28,694 nt of DNA, taken from positions 1 through 28,694 of the IMG/VR virus record IMGVR_UViG_3300047275_000809, one strand, 5' to 3'. Positions 8,459 through 17,500 of the stretch are shown one piece after another. The DNA is from a virus (Duplodnaviria; Caudoviricetes). Within the stretch, counting starts at the first letter, position 1. Each line of letters starts with the position of its first letter. The notes under the pieces are model-generated. The model was not told the DNA's origin. It was given only the letters and a program-made list of their open reading frames with translations, and did not search any database. The translations under genes and the position numbers were made by a program.

Positions 8459-8886
8459 ACTACCAAGCCATTCGCGCCGCTGTCGAGAATCCGTTACTCA
8501 GTGCCTTCAACGGCCTGGTGCCTGCAGTACCGGTCTACTTCGACAACATCACGGCCGTCCCACCCAACACAACAACCGAATACGTCCGCGTCAACGTCAC
8601 ATTCGGCATCACCAACGAACCAACGCTGACCTCCAGCGTTGATTTTGCCCGTGGAGCGATCGTCATCCGTATTTTCACGGAAAAGGGCCGCGGTCCTGCT
8701 CGTAACCAAGAACTGCTGACCACAGCCGTCAACGTCTTGGAAACACTCAACAATGCTCCAAAAACCGGCACTGGCGTCTATTTCCGCGTTGGTGAAATTA
8801 ACGGCCCCACATTTTCTTCTATCGAAGATGCCCCCCATTTCGTGGGGCGAATTGAAACTTCCTACGTGGCCACTGTGCTGTCGTAG
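8455..8886 (+). CDS. Tail terminator protein
   Basis: 143 aa: VPVYFDN...EYVRVNVTFG...RGAIVIRIFTEKGRGPAR. Immediately precedes the tail tube gene. Confidence 0.75.
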   Translation: MNYQAIRAAVENPLLSAFNGLVPAVPVYFDNITAVPPNTTTEYVRVNVTFGITNEPTLTSSVDFARGAIVIRIFTEKGRGPARNQELLTTAVNVLETLNNAPKTGTGVYFRVGEINGPTFSSIEDAPHFVGRIETSYVATVLS

Positions 8887-8904
8887 GTAGTGTTTAGTAC
8901 AGGC

Positions 8905-8934
8905 GCTAACCTGTATTAAGCCGGGCAGTGCCCG
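8905..8934 (+). promoter_or_regulatory. Tail tube promoter (-10 GCTAACCT) and 5' hairpin CGGGC-AGT-GCCCG
   Basis: Hexamer at 8907-8912 inside the inverted repeat TACAGG-N6-CCTGTA; hairpin at 8922-8934. Confidence 0.55.
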
Positions 8935-8964
8935 CCCAGAAACCTCTTTCCTTGGTACGCCCCT

Positions 8965-9738
8965 ATGGCCACCACCGTTCTGTCCGGCACGTCCGGCGCC
9001 CTCTACTACAAACCCGCCGGCACAACTGGCACCTTTGCGGAGACTGACGTCAACGCATCCACCGACGTCATTACCGTCGCTCCCTATCTGAACTTCAAGG
9101 TGGGCGACCCTGTGAAATTCAGCGTGGTGAACAGCCAAACCGGCGGCGCCGGCACCGGCACCCTTCCTGCCGGCATCACCGGTGGCACCACCTACTACGT
9201 GCTCTCGTACACAGCTAACACTGGCGCACTGACCGTTTCGGCTACTGCCGGCGGCGTCATCCTGCCTATTACGGACGACGGCACTGCGGTTGCCCCGAAC
9301 GAGTTCCAAGTCGCCTATGCCGACTACGCGGTCGTCGGTCAAGTCCGCGACTGGAGCTTTGAGATCAGCCGCGCCGAAATCGACGTCACCACCATCGGCC
9401 AAACCCCCGGTCAGTACGTCCCCTTCCGCAGCTACATCGCCGGCTTCGCCGACGGCTCTGGTACGGCCACGGTCTACATGACCGATGAGGATGCCGCCCT
9501 GTCCAACCGCATGATCGAGGACGTGCTGCAGCGCCAGCAAAACGGTGCCGCCTTCAAGCTCTACACCGACCGTGTGTTTAGCGGCGGCACCCTGAGCGAA
9601 ACCCTCAGCCGCTCGATCGCCTTCGACGCAGTGCTGACCTCGGCCAGCCTGAACATCAACCCGGACGACGCCCAGTCTGTGACTGTGAACTTCCGTCCGG
9701 CCGCCACCCCCACCTTCGACCTGACCCGCTCTGCCTGA
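8965..9738 (+). CDS. Major tail tube protein with an inserted accessory domain
   Basis: LSGTSGALYYKP...[insert]...VGQVRDWSFEISRAEIDVTTIG...FRSYIAGFADGSGTATVY...SVTVNFRP. Strong codon bias and a terminator. Confidence 0.9.
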   Translation: MATTVLSGTSGALYYKPAGTTGTFAETDVNASTDVITVAPYLNFKVGDPVKFSVVNSQTGGAGTGTLPAGITGGTTYYVLSYTANTGALTVSATAGGVILPITDDGTAVAPNEFQVAYADYAVVGQVRDWSFEISRAEIDVTTIGQTPGQYVPFRSYIAGFADGSGTATVYMTDEDAALSNRMIEDVLQRQQNGAAFKLYTDRVFSGGTLSETLSRSIAFDAVLTSASLNINPDDAQSVTVNFRPAATPTFDLTRSA

Positions 9739-9765
9739 TAGCCTCTTGGGGCGACCAGTTTCAGC

Positions 9766-9792
9766 ACCCCGGCCTCCCAGCCGGGGTTTTTT
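9766..9792 (+). terminator. Intrinsic terminator after the tail tube gene
   Basis: ACCCCGGC-CTCCCA-GCCGGGGT followed by TTTTT. Confidence 0.9.
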
Positions 9793-9803
9793 ATTTCTAG
9801 TCC

Positions 9804-9811
9804 GCTACACT
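9804..9811 (+). promoter_or_regulatory. -10 box GCTACACT for the tail chaperone
   Basis: Directly after the terminator and 23 nt before the ATG; the identical octamer occurs at 24486-24493. Confidence 0.55.
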
Positions 9812-9834
9812 ACAAGCAACCCACCAAGGTCTGT

Positions 9835-10182
9835 ATGCCTGCTCCAAGTTCGCTCCGCGCCATCGACCGCCTCAAAAAAGCGGCCAACCTGGAGCCCGCC
9901 AAACGCGTCGTGCAGCTTTCGGACGGCAGCGAGTTCGAGATGTGGGTCACCCCGCTGACCATGGCCGAGCGCGAACGCGCCCAGAAGCAAGCCAAATCTG
10001 ACGACGCCAACGCCTTCGCCCTCCAACTCCTGATCGCCAAAGCCCTCGACGACACTGGAGCAAAACTGTTCAGCGCCGGCGAAATCGACGTCCTCAAAAA
10101 CGAAGTCAAGGACAAGGACCTCCAGTCCCTGATGCTCGCGATCCTGACCGATGACGCCGAGCCCATCGACCCAAAGCCCTGA
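9835..10182 (+). CDS. Tail assembly chaperone (lambda gpG-like), short form
   Basis: 115 aa between the tube and tape measure genes; ends GAC CCA AAG CCC TGA. Confidence 0.85.
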   Translation: MPAPSSLRAIDRLKKAANLEPAKRVVQLSDGSEFEMWVTPLTMAERERAQKQAKSDDANAFALQLLIAKALDDTGAKLFSAGEIDVLKNEVKDKDLQSLMLAILTDDAEPIDPKP

Positions 10183-10367
10183 GTGCCGAACTCCGTAAGG
10201 ACAACTGGCTGATGCTCCAGTTTGGCGTCGCCAAGGAACTCGGCCTCAGCCTGAGCGAAGTCCGCACCACGATGACCGCCGAGGAATTACTCGGCTGGAG
10301 CGCCTACTTCCAGATCCTGAACGAGGATCAACAGAAGGAGATCGAAAAGGCCAAACGCCGCCGCTAA
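10170..10367 (+). CDS. -1 frameshift extension of the tail chaperone (gpGT-like, 177-aa fusion)
   Basis: In-phase slippery heptamer C CCA AAG at 10170-10176. The -1 frame reads PKALSAELRKDNWLMLQFGVAKELGLSLSEVRTTMTAEELLGWSAYF...KRRR to TAA 10365-10367, with the typical gpT 'LG.sl.E....MT.eE...W.AY' pattern. Confidence 0.9.
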   Translation, partial: PKALSAELRKDNWLMLQFGVAKELGLSLSEVRTTMTAEELLGWSAYFQILNEDQQKEIEKAKRRR

Positions 10368-10382
10368 CCCGGCGGCTTTTTT
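10357..10382 (+). terminator. Intrinsic terminator after the frameshifted chaperone
   Basis: GCCGCCG-CTAACC-CGGCGGC-TTTTTT, with the stop codon in the loop. Confidence 0.8.
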
Positions 10383-10420
10383 GTCACGTAAACTGAAGTA
10401 CCAGAGTGTGACGCAGCGCC

Positions 10421-13400
10421 GTGGCCTACAGAGCCGACATCGAAATTGCGGTACGCGGCGCCCAAGAACTCAAGCGACTGCAAAATGAGATCTCGGCCAC
10501 GTCAAAACTGGTAGACGGCCTCAACAACTATCTAGAGAATATCGGTTCCGGGGGTGTTGTACGCAGCATAAACAATTTAAAAACCATTGTTGGCGATGCT
10601 GCCGCGGCATTCGACCGCGTGGCGCTGAATACTGATGAAGCTGTTATTGCCGCCCGCAAATACGTTACGGCAACAAACGAACTTAATGCGGAATTGCGCG
10701 AGCGTGCTGCTCTACTAAAGACTGTCAACGAAGAGGAACGAAAAAATAAACTTGCTCGTGCAGGTATTCGTGAAACAACTCAATACGCTGGCCCTATAGG
10801 CCCCGGCCCGGCATCGCCCGTTAATTCGTTAGTTGGGCAAAAATCCCCAGTAGCAGAGCGCGTTCAACGCACTCTTCGCGCACGCCAAGACGAGCTGGAT
10901 CTCCAGCAAGCTCTGCTGCGCCTAGAACAAAAAAGCACTGCAGAACACAACAAAAAAGTACGAAGCCAAGAAGCTCTTATACAAGGTAAAAGGGAAGTGC
11001 TGGCACTCTTGGACCAAGAGGCCCAACGACAAAAGTTTCTCGCTGGTGCGTCGGGCACAGCAATGCAAGGACCCCTTGCAGGCCCTGGCGCAATGGGCTT
11101 CCCCGTCGCTTTACCTCTTAGCAAAGCAGAACAAAAAGGACTTGAGACAGAAGCAAGAAAGCAGCAGATCTTGGAGCGAATGGCTGCAACTAGACAGCAA
11201 CTGATTAGTTTGACTGCCAATTTACAGCGTCTAGATCAAAACTCTGCTGTAGCCATTGCCGATGCCGAAAGAAATCAACGCCGACTCAATGCTGCAAAAG
11301 AGCGCGAGCTTCAAATTTCAAAACAAGGCGCCCTCATTGCGGGGCGGTTCAGCCCAATCGGTGGCGCGGAAAATATCCCTGGATCTCCAGCCGCACGCGC
11401 CGCAGCATCACGCAGAGGTAAGGAAGCCGCAAGCAACGCCATTATCGGCGGTGCATTTCCGCTACTGTTCGGCCAAGGAATGGGTGCTGCGGTAGGCGGC
11501 GGTCTTGGCGGCGCTGCCGGCGGACTACTGGGCGGCCAATTCGGTTTTGGCCTATCCCTCGTTGGCACCGCATTAGGTCAAGTGTTTGACACTGCCGCAC
11601 AGGCAGCCGCAGATTTTACTAAAGAACTTAAAGAAACTGGAGATGCTACCGGAGCATTAGAGCAAGCTCTAGGCGGTTTGGACAAAGGCACCCGTACATC
11701 TATCCAAAACCTTGCTCGCTCCGGCCAACAAGCCGCTGCCGCAAAAGAGTCATTTAACGCCCTCGCTCAAGAGATCGGCGTCGAGCAAGCAGAAGCACTC
11801 AAACGTGCCGGCGAAGCCACTACGGAATGGGGTAAAAATTTTCAGACGTGGTTGACAAAAACGTATGCCAATATTGTGATTCTTGGGGAAGCAATTAACA
11901 ATAATTTTCCCACGTGGCCCGGTATCCAAGCCCGCACATCAGTATTTGATTTAGTGGAAGGGCAACCCCCATCACCTATCAACACAGAAGCACAAGATCG
12001 CCTAGAAAATTTAACCGGAGAAAATAAGCTGCTGGAGCGCCAGGTCGCCCTGTCACGTCTCACAGCAGACGCATCAATAGACCAGCGTCTCCAGCTGGAG
12101 CGTCAAGTTGCCTTACAGCAATATGTAAACGAAGCTGTGCAGCTAGAGCAGCAACTCAAGCAAAAATTACTTTCTCAACAGGAATACAATCTGCGTTTAA
12201 GGCAGGCGGAGTTGTCTCTTACACGTGAAATTTTTACTGTAGAGAACGCTGCACAGCAAGCGCGTCAGCGCCAGGCAGAGGAAGCACGGCAAGCAGCAGA
12301 ACGCGCTGCTCGCGCCGCCGAACAAGCCGCCAAAGAGCAAACCCGTGCCTACCAAGAATCTCTACAACTACAAAATCAGCTATCCCAAACAGTGCTGGAA
12401 GAGTACAGCAATTTAACAAGAGACGTCAACGAGTATAGGGGTATAATAGCAGGTTACGAAAAGCTCAACATCTTATTAGATAAACGCCTACCTATACAAG
12501 AAGAGATACTTAATTATGAGCGCGCTATAGCACGTACGTCCGATGCGTACGCAGCTAATCAAGGCGCCATAGAAGCTATTCACGATAATCGTCTCAGTAA
12601 TTTACGTCGTGAACATGAGTACCTAAAAGCAAATCTTACTATCCAAAAAGAACGTGCAGTCTTGGAGCAAACTGCTGCCATGACAGAACTAGCCCGGCAA
12701 AATAGCCAGCGTCGTGTAACGGGACAAACCGAAATAGACCGTTTGACAACCCGACTGGAATCCCCTTTTGAAGGAGAGCAAATGAAAAAACAAATGCTGC
12801 TTTTAGACCAGTACACCCGGCGTATGGATGAACTACTTCCTATACAGCAACGTATGCAAGATCTACAACGAGATATCGAAGCAGCTGCTCAAACGCCAGG
12901 AGTATTTACTGAGGATCAAGTAAACGCGAAAAAAGCCGAACTAGCTATTCAAACAGATCAATTAAAGCAGTTACAAGCTGAGCTGCAAATACGAGACCGT
13001 CTAGAGCAGCAGTTGCTGCGTCAACAAGAAATATATGCACGTTACGGATTTATTGCTGACGAAGTATCCCGCGCCCTAAGCGACTCCATTACCGGTCTCA
13101 TCACCGGAACAACTACCGTCGCTGAAGCATTCGGCCGCATGTTTGAAAACATCGGCAAAGCCTTCATCGACATGGCCACCCAGATGCTGGCGCAAAAACT
13201 AATCTTCAGTTTGTTCGGCTCCCTTTTAGGCGGACTTGGCGGTGGCATAGGAGGCAAAGGACTGGAGCCCACTAGCGTAGGCGGTAACGCCGCGTTTATG
13301 GATAGAGTCTTTTCGACACCTCTTGCCGGAGCCAGTTATGCAGAAGGCGGGTTTGTCACTGGACCGACCCGTGCCTTGATCGGTGAAGGCGGCGAACCCG

Positions 13401-13705
13401 AGTACGTCATCCCAGCCAGCAAGATGCGCTCCGCCATGAGCCGCTACGCATCCGGTGCCCGTGGCGCCAGTGTTATTCCCACCTCCGGCCAGACCGAATC
13501 TTCGGACACAAGTGCCGTCACTAGCAGCCCCATTGACGTCCGCTACACGGTGGAGCGCATCAACAACGTGGAGTACGTGACAGCCGACCAGTTCCGTGCT
13601 GGTATGCAACAGGCTGCCGCCCAAGGCGCCCAACGCGGCGAGCAACGCGCCCTGCGCAGCCTCCAGCAATCCACCGCAATCCGTAGCAGGGTCGGCATCA
13701 AATGA
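10421..13705 (+). CDS. Tail tape measure protein
   Basis: 1094 aa, helical and A/Q/E/L-rich, with Gly-rich hydrophobic segments and C-terminal YAEGGFVTGPTRALIGEGGEPEYVIP. Follows the chaperone. Confidence 0.9.
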   Translation: MAYRADIEIAVRGAQELKRLQNEISATSKLVDGLNNYLENIGSGGVVRSINNLKTIVGDAAAAFDRVALNTDEAVIAARKYVTATNELNAELRERAALLKTVNEEERKNKLARAGIRETTQYAGPIGPGPASPVNSLVGQKSPVAERVQRTLRARQDELDLQQALLRLEQKSTAEHNKKVRSQEALIQGKREVLALLDQEAQRQKFLAGASGTAMQGPLAGPGAMGFPVALPLSKAEQKGLETEARKQQILERMAATRQQLISLTANLQRLDQNSAVAIADAERNQRRLNAAKERELQISKQGALIAGRFSPIGGAENIPGSPAARAAASRRGKEAASNAIIGGAFPLLFGQGMGAAVGGGLGGAAGGLLGGQFGFGLSLVGTALGQVFDTAAQAAADFTKELKETGDATGALEQALGGLDKGTRTSIQNLARSGQQAAAAKESFNALAQEIGVEQAEALKRAGEATTEWGKNFQTWLTKTYANIVILGEAINNNFPTWPGIQARTSVFDLVEGQPPSPINTEAQDRLENLTGENKLLERQVALSRLTADASIDQRLQLERQVALQQYVNEAVQLEQQLKQKLLSQQEYNLRLRQAELSLTREIFTVENAAQQARQRQAEEARQAAERAARAAEQAAKEQTRAYQESLQLQNQLSQTVLEEYSNLTRDVNEYRGIIAGYEKLNILLDKRLPIQEEILNYERAIARTSDAYAANQGAIEAIHDNRLSNLRREHEYLKANLTIQKERAVLEQTAAMTELARQNSQRRVTGQTEIDRLTTRLESPFEGEQMKKQMLLLDQYTRRMDELLPIQQRMQDLQRDIEAAAQTPGVFTEDQVNAKKAELAIQTDQLKQLQAELQIRDRLEQQLLRQQEIYARYGFIADEVSRALSDSITGLITGTTTVAEAFGRMFENIGKAFIDMATQMLAQKLIFSLFGSLLGGLGGGIGGKGLEPTSVGGNAAFMDRVFSTPLAGASYAEGGFVTGPTRALIGEGGEPEYVIPASKMRSAMSRYASGARGASVIPTSGQTESSDTSAVTSSPIDVRYTVERINNVEYVTADQFRAGMQQAAAQGAQRGEQRALRSLQQSTAIRSRVGIK

Positions 13706-14163
13706 CAACACAAGCATTCGCCCAGTATCTAACACTTACAGGCAGCCAAAGCCTGTACTTTCAAAACTACTGGATCGGCGAAAACGTGAGCTATAACGGC
13801 AACGTTTACGGCTTCCTACCTTTCGGATTTAGCGGGGCCACGATCACAAAATCCGGCGACAACCAACCGGCTTCGCTCGCGTTCCCTAACAATTCTCTAG
13901 CGCGGGGCTGGGCTGAAACCGCTATTAGAGAAGAGTGGTTAGTGACGTGCCGCGTAATGCTAATTAACCCGGACGACCGAAACACGCCCACCCTACTCAG
14001 CACCTACACAGCCCAAGTAGTGTCTGGTGCTTGGGGAGACACCATTATTGAGGTTCGCATGGCATCTGTCCTTGATGCTGTCGGCGCGGACATCCCACGC
14101 AAAAAACTCACAAAGCAGTTGGTCGGCAACCTGCCAATTACCTCCAGCATCCGACTGCAGTGA
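13702..14163 (+). CDS. Minor tail/hub protein (lambda gpL/DUF1833-like)
   Basis: YGFLPFGFSG...SLAFPN...SVLDAVGADIPRKKLT; positioned after the tape measure gene. Confidence 0.65.
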   Translation: MTTQAFAQYLTLTGSQSLYFQNYWIGENVSYNGNVYGFLPFGFSGATITKSGDNQPASLAFPNNSLARGWAETAIREEWLVTCRVMLINPDDRNTPTLLSTYTAQVVSGAWGDTIIEVRMASVLDAVGADIPRKKLTKQLVGNLPITSSIRLQ

Positions 14164-14519
14164 TCGACCTTATCGGACGCCCCTACAGGCTTGGGGCAGA
14201 CGGCACTGAAGGTGCTATTGACTGTATCCACCTCGTCTACACAGTTCTTGCGCGCCTCAACATCAGCACCCCCCAGTTCAATGCTGCCTGGTACACCGCC
14301 AGTTCTAGACGTATTGCCCGCGATTTGTTGCGCTGGGGAAAGCGGATTGACCGGCCTGCCTATGATGGCGACGTGGCGCTCCTCCCACAGGAGGCGGCAG
14401 CGTTCGCGGTGACATGGCAGAACGGCCTTTTTTACATCAACCGGGACCTGGAGAAAGTGGCATGGTGCCCTATCGGCACAATGCCGAAATGCCGCTGCTT
14501 CCGTACGAAAAACAGCTGA
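14160..14519 (+). CDS. NlpC/P60-like tail protein, probably catalytically degenerate
   Basis: LIGRPYRLG...AIDCIHLV...DGDVALL; no His follows the GD strand. Confidence 0.75.
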   Translation: MIDLIGRPYRLGADGTEGAIDCIHLVYTVLARLNISTPQFNAAWYTASSRRIARDLLRWGKRIDRPAYDGDVALLPQEAAAFAVTWQNGLFYINRDLEKVAWCPIGTMPKCRCFRTKNS

Positions 14520-17500
14520 TCGAAGCGCTCGGCTGTACCGAACAGGAATACCGCGAATTCATCCAGTGGCGCGAGCGGCGCGTCTATGTAAGGCCCAGCG
14601 GGTACGAACACGTCCCCGACGTACAGGCCGATCTTGTAACTATTGCAATCAACTTAATTATCGGCATAGCTTTAACAGCAGCTTCGTATCTACTCACACC
14701 AAAACCAAAACTTGATAGCCCAGCCGGCGTACGACAAAAGCAACTTGGGGGTGTTAGCGGTCTTACTAACTACGCCCCGACACAAGGATTCGAGTCGATC
14801 CAAGACTTAGCTTCTTACGGCAACGTTGTACCTATCGCGTTTACCCGTAGAGAGGACCACCCCGAAGGCTTTTCAACCGGCGGCCTAGTGATCTCACCGT
14901 CGCTGGTGTGGTCGCGCATGAAGAGCTGGGGCGGCTTCCAGGTGCTGGAAATTGTCGCGGTCGCTGGCCAAGGCAAGATGGCCAAGCCCGATCGCGCCGG
15001 CATCTTAATTGGCAACAACGCCCTAGACGGCATTTACGACAGGCAGTTCCAGTTTTATTGGAACGGAGGCTACGAGGCCACCGGTCCCAACAGTCGTCTC
15101 CGCGGCGCTAATCTGCGGTACGGCGACTTGCAGGTGCCTGCGCCACCCGCTGCCAACGAGGACGCATTTGATACTCCAACCCGTCTTGGCACTAACGACC
15201 TAGGTTTCTGCGGAGCGTTTACGCCAAGCAACCAGACAAGATTTGGCGTTTACAGCGGCATACCCAACGGCACGCCATATCGCCCAAACTGGGAGATTAT
15301 ATCAGTATTAGACGACGCTGCTGATGAAAGTAAAGATCAAGCAATCACAAACCAGAAAAAGTTTGTAGATCCAACATTGCGCGAAACGCACCCTTACGGC
15401 GGTGGTGCTGTTTCCGGTGCTCGCGTCAAGTCTGGCATGCCAGGAACTGGCCGGAATTACGGCAGGCATGTCGGTGTAGTATCGCACAACGGATACGTTT
15501 TGCCAGATCCCTCTGTCGGCACCAACAGTTCGGGATACCGTCAGTGGGATGGACCCTACAAAACAGAGCGATTTGTGGAAAAGAACGACGTAATCGAGAT
15601 TTACGTCGGCTACGGACGGCAAAAAACTTCTCCGTTTAGCGCGTTTGGCGACTCTGTTGAAGTGCGTCTTGATGACATTCGCTCAACAATAGACGCGGAA
15701 GCTGTTGAGTTTGATCGCGAGTTTGCGCTCGGTGCGATATTCATGATTGGTCGTAGTACTTGGCAGGTTATCGAGCGCCCGACAGCGCCATTCAACACTG
15801 GCGGCTCGCATGCCATTATTACGCTTAAATGCCTAGAAAGCTGGAGCACTGCGCAAAACAAGATTGGCATTGTCGCTAAAGCAGCAATTCTAGAAAACGA
15901 ATCTTTGCCTTATCTGGTTGACATTGATGAGACATGGTATCCAATCCTCAAGGTTGATATTGGCAGCATTCGCAACACCCGTCCATGCGAGGTAACGGAG
16001 ATCGGGATCAAGTCTCAGGTATGGACGCGCTTCAATGGAATCACTAATTTCAACAGCATTCCCTCTCCGAGCGACTTGTATCGCTATAACGCTAAGAATG
16101 TTCAAGTTCGCGAAGGCAAGAACACTAGCTACGGGCATCGTGTTTCGTTTTTTGCCCTTGATGTTCGACCGGCTAACAGTGAGCCGTATGAAGACCTTAA
16201 CAAAAACGAGGGTTTTGTTAATCTTACCATTTTCGCCGTAAGCGGCAGCACCCCACAAGATATTTTCAGTTTCATTCGCATCCGGCATCCCGATCGCGCA
16301 GCGTACGAGTTTCGTCTGCGCCCCTTCAATAGCGCGGTCATTAGTCAGCAGGGCGACGGCAACAGCCCCGTCTTTGAATTGAACGGCGCGTTTTCCCCTT
16401 ATACTGAGCAATCGTTTGACACCTACTTAGGCACGTTTGCTGTTGGTGGTCGTGGCAGATACATCAAGCCACGAGACTATTACACCCACTACCAGATGGT
16501 CGCGAAGCCCGAGCTGCTAGGTAGTCTTGTTTATGGAGAATGGGTACCTGGCACGCCTAGGCTTGAATTATTGGGTGTTTTTTCAAACGCATCAAATGCC
16601 GTCGCTGACGCAAGAAAAGTCAGCAACATTATTTCCAAGTTTTGCCAAGATCAGGGCGCCGCTGACTACGATCCGTACTTTGTCAACTTGCCTGTTGGGT
16701 ACATCAAGGTCATTTCGGGATGGACATACGACAGGGATGCGCCCGCCCGATCCATGGTGATGACACTAACGCTTAAGGCGTATCAGTTGACCATCCCTGG
16801 AACGAGCCGAGACAAGTGGTGGCAAATCGTCAAAACCGAAATAGCAAGCGTCACTGGCGCGTGGGTGACTGGCGACACGTTTTCAAAGAACTACGCCGAT
16901 GTCGCCGGTGAGCAATGGCGCTTTGAGTATCGCTACGTGGTGCCCCCTACGACCTATGTCGAGTACGACACGCCGCGCTCTGCGACTCGCGTCTGGGAAA
17001 CATACAGTGGAATTGCGGAAGTATCGCACTACGGTGACTTAATCAATCGCAGCTGCGATAACGGGCCAGAACACGAGGTTGTCTACGTTAACGAAAGCCT
17101 CGCGGAGGATCGCCTAGTTGAATACAAGGGGTGCGCGATGATGGGCCTCAAACTTCAATCGAGCAACAACTTCAACAGCCTCGATCAAGTGCGCTGCTAC
17201 ATGAAGGACGGACTCGAAGTGGAGCGTCTTACCGACGGCGGCACCGGCTCCAGCAACCTTTTCACCGATCTGCTCTGGTACTTAGCTACCAACACTGATA
17301 CAGGCGCAGGCAACATTATTGACCCGAGCTTGATCGACCGCGACCAGTTGGCCGCTACTGGCAGCTATCTCCGTGCAAACCGCCTCTTTTACGACGACGC
17401 CGTATCTCAACCAACCAACCTACGCACCTGGCTTTCCGAGAAAGCCCCATCAATGCTGTGCTTTGTTGCAATCAAAAACGGCAAACTAAGCGTTAATCCG

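Noticed and set aside
8887-8900. GTA-N8-TAC, NtcA-like box
   Set aside because: Only 6 specified bases, so several are expected by chance in this window, and the spacing to the -10 is not the activating ~22 nt.
5362-9540. Long - strand ORFs 5362..6276 and 8494..9540 and similar antisense ORFs
   Set aside because: They are shadows of strongly biased GC-rich + strand genes and have no recognisable motifs or start signals.
13444-13458. GGTGCC-CGT-GGCGCC triloop hairpin in the tape measure 3' end
   Set aside because: It fits the CNGTG motif but is isolated in GC-rich coding sequence and plausibly chance, so it was not counted in the cluster.
14336-14342. In-phase G GGA AAG in the NlpC/P60 gene, which might fuse it to the tip gene
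   Set aside because: The -1 frame hits TGA at 14348-14350, before the tip ORF opens.
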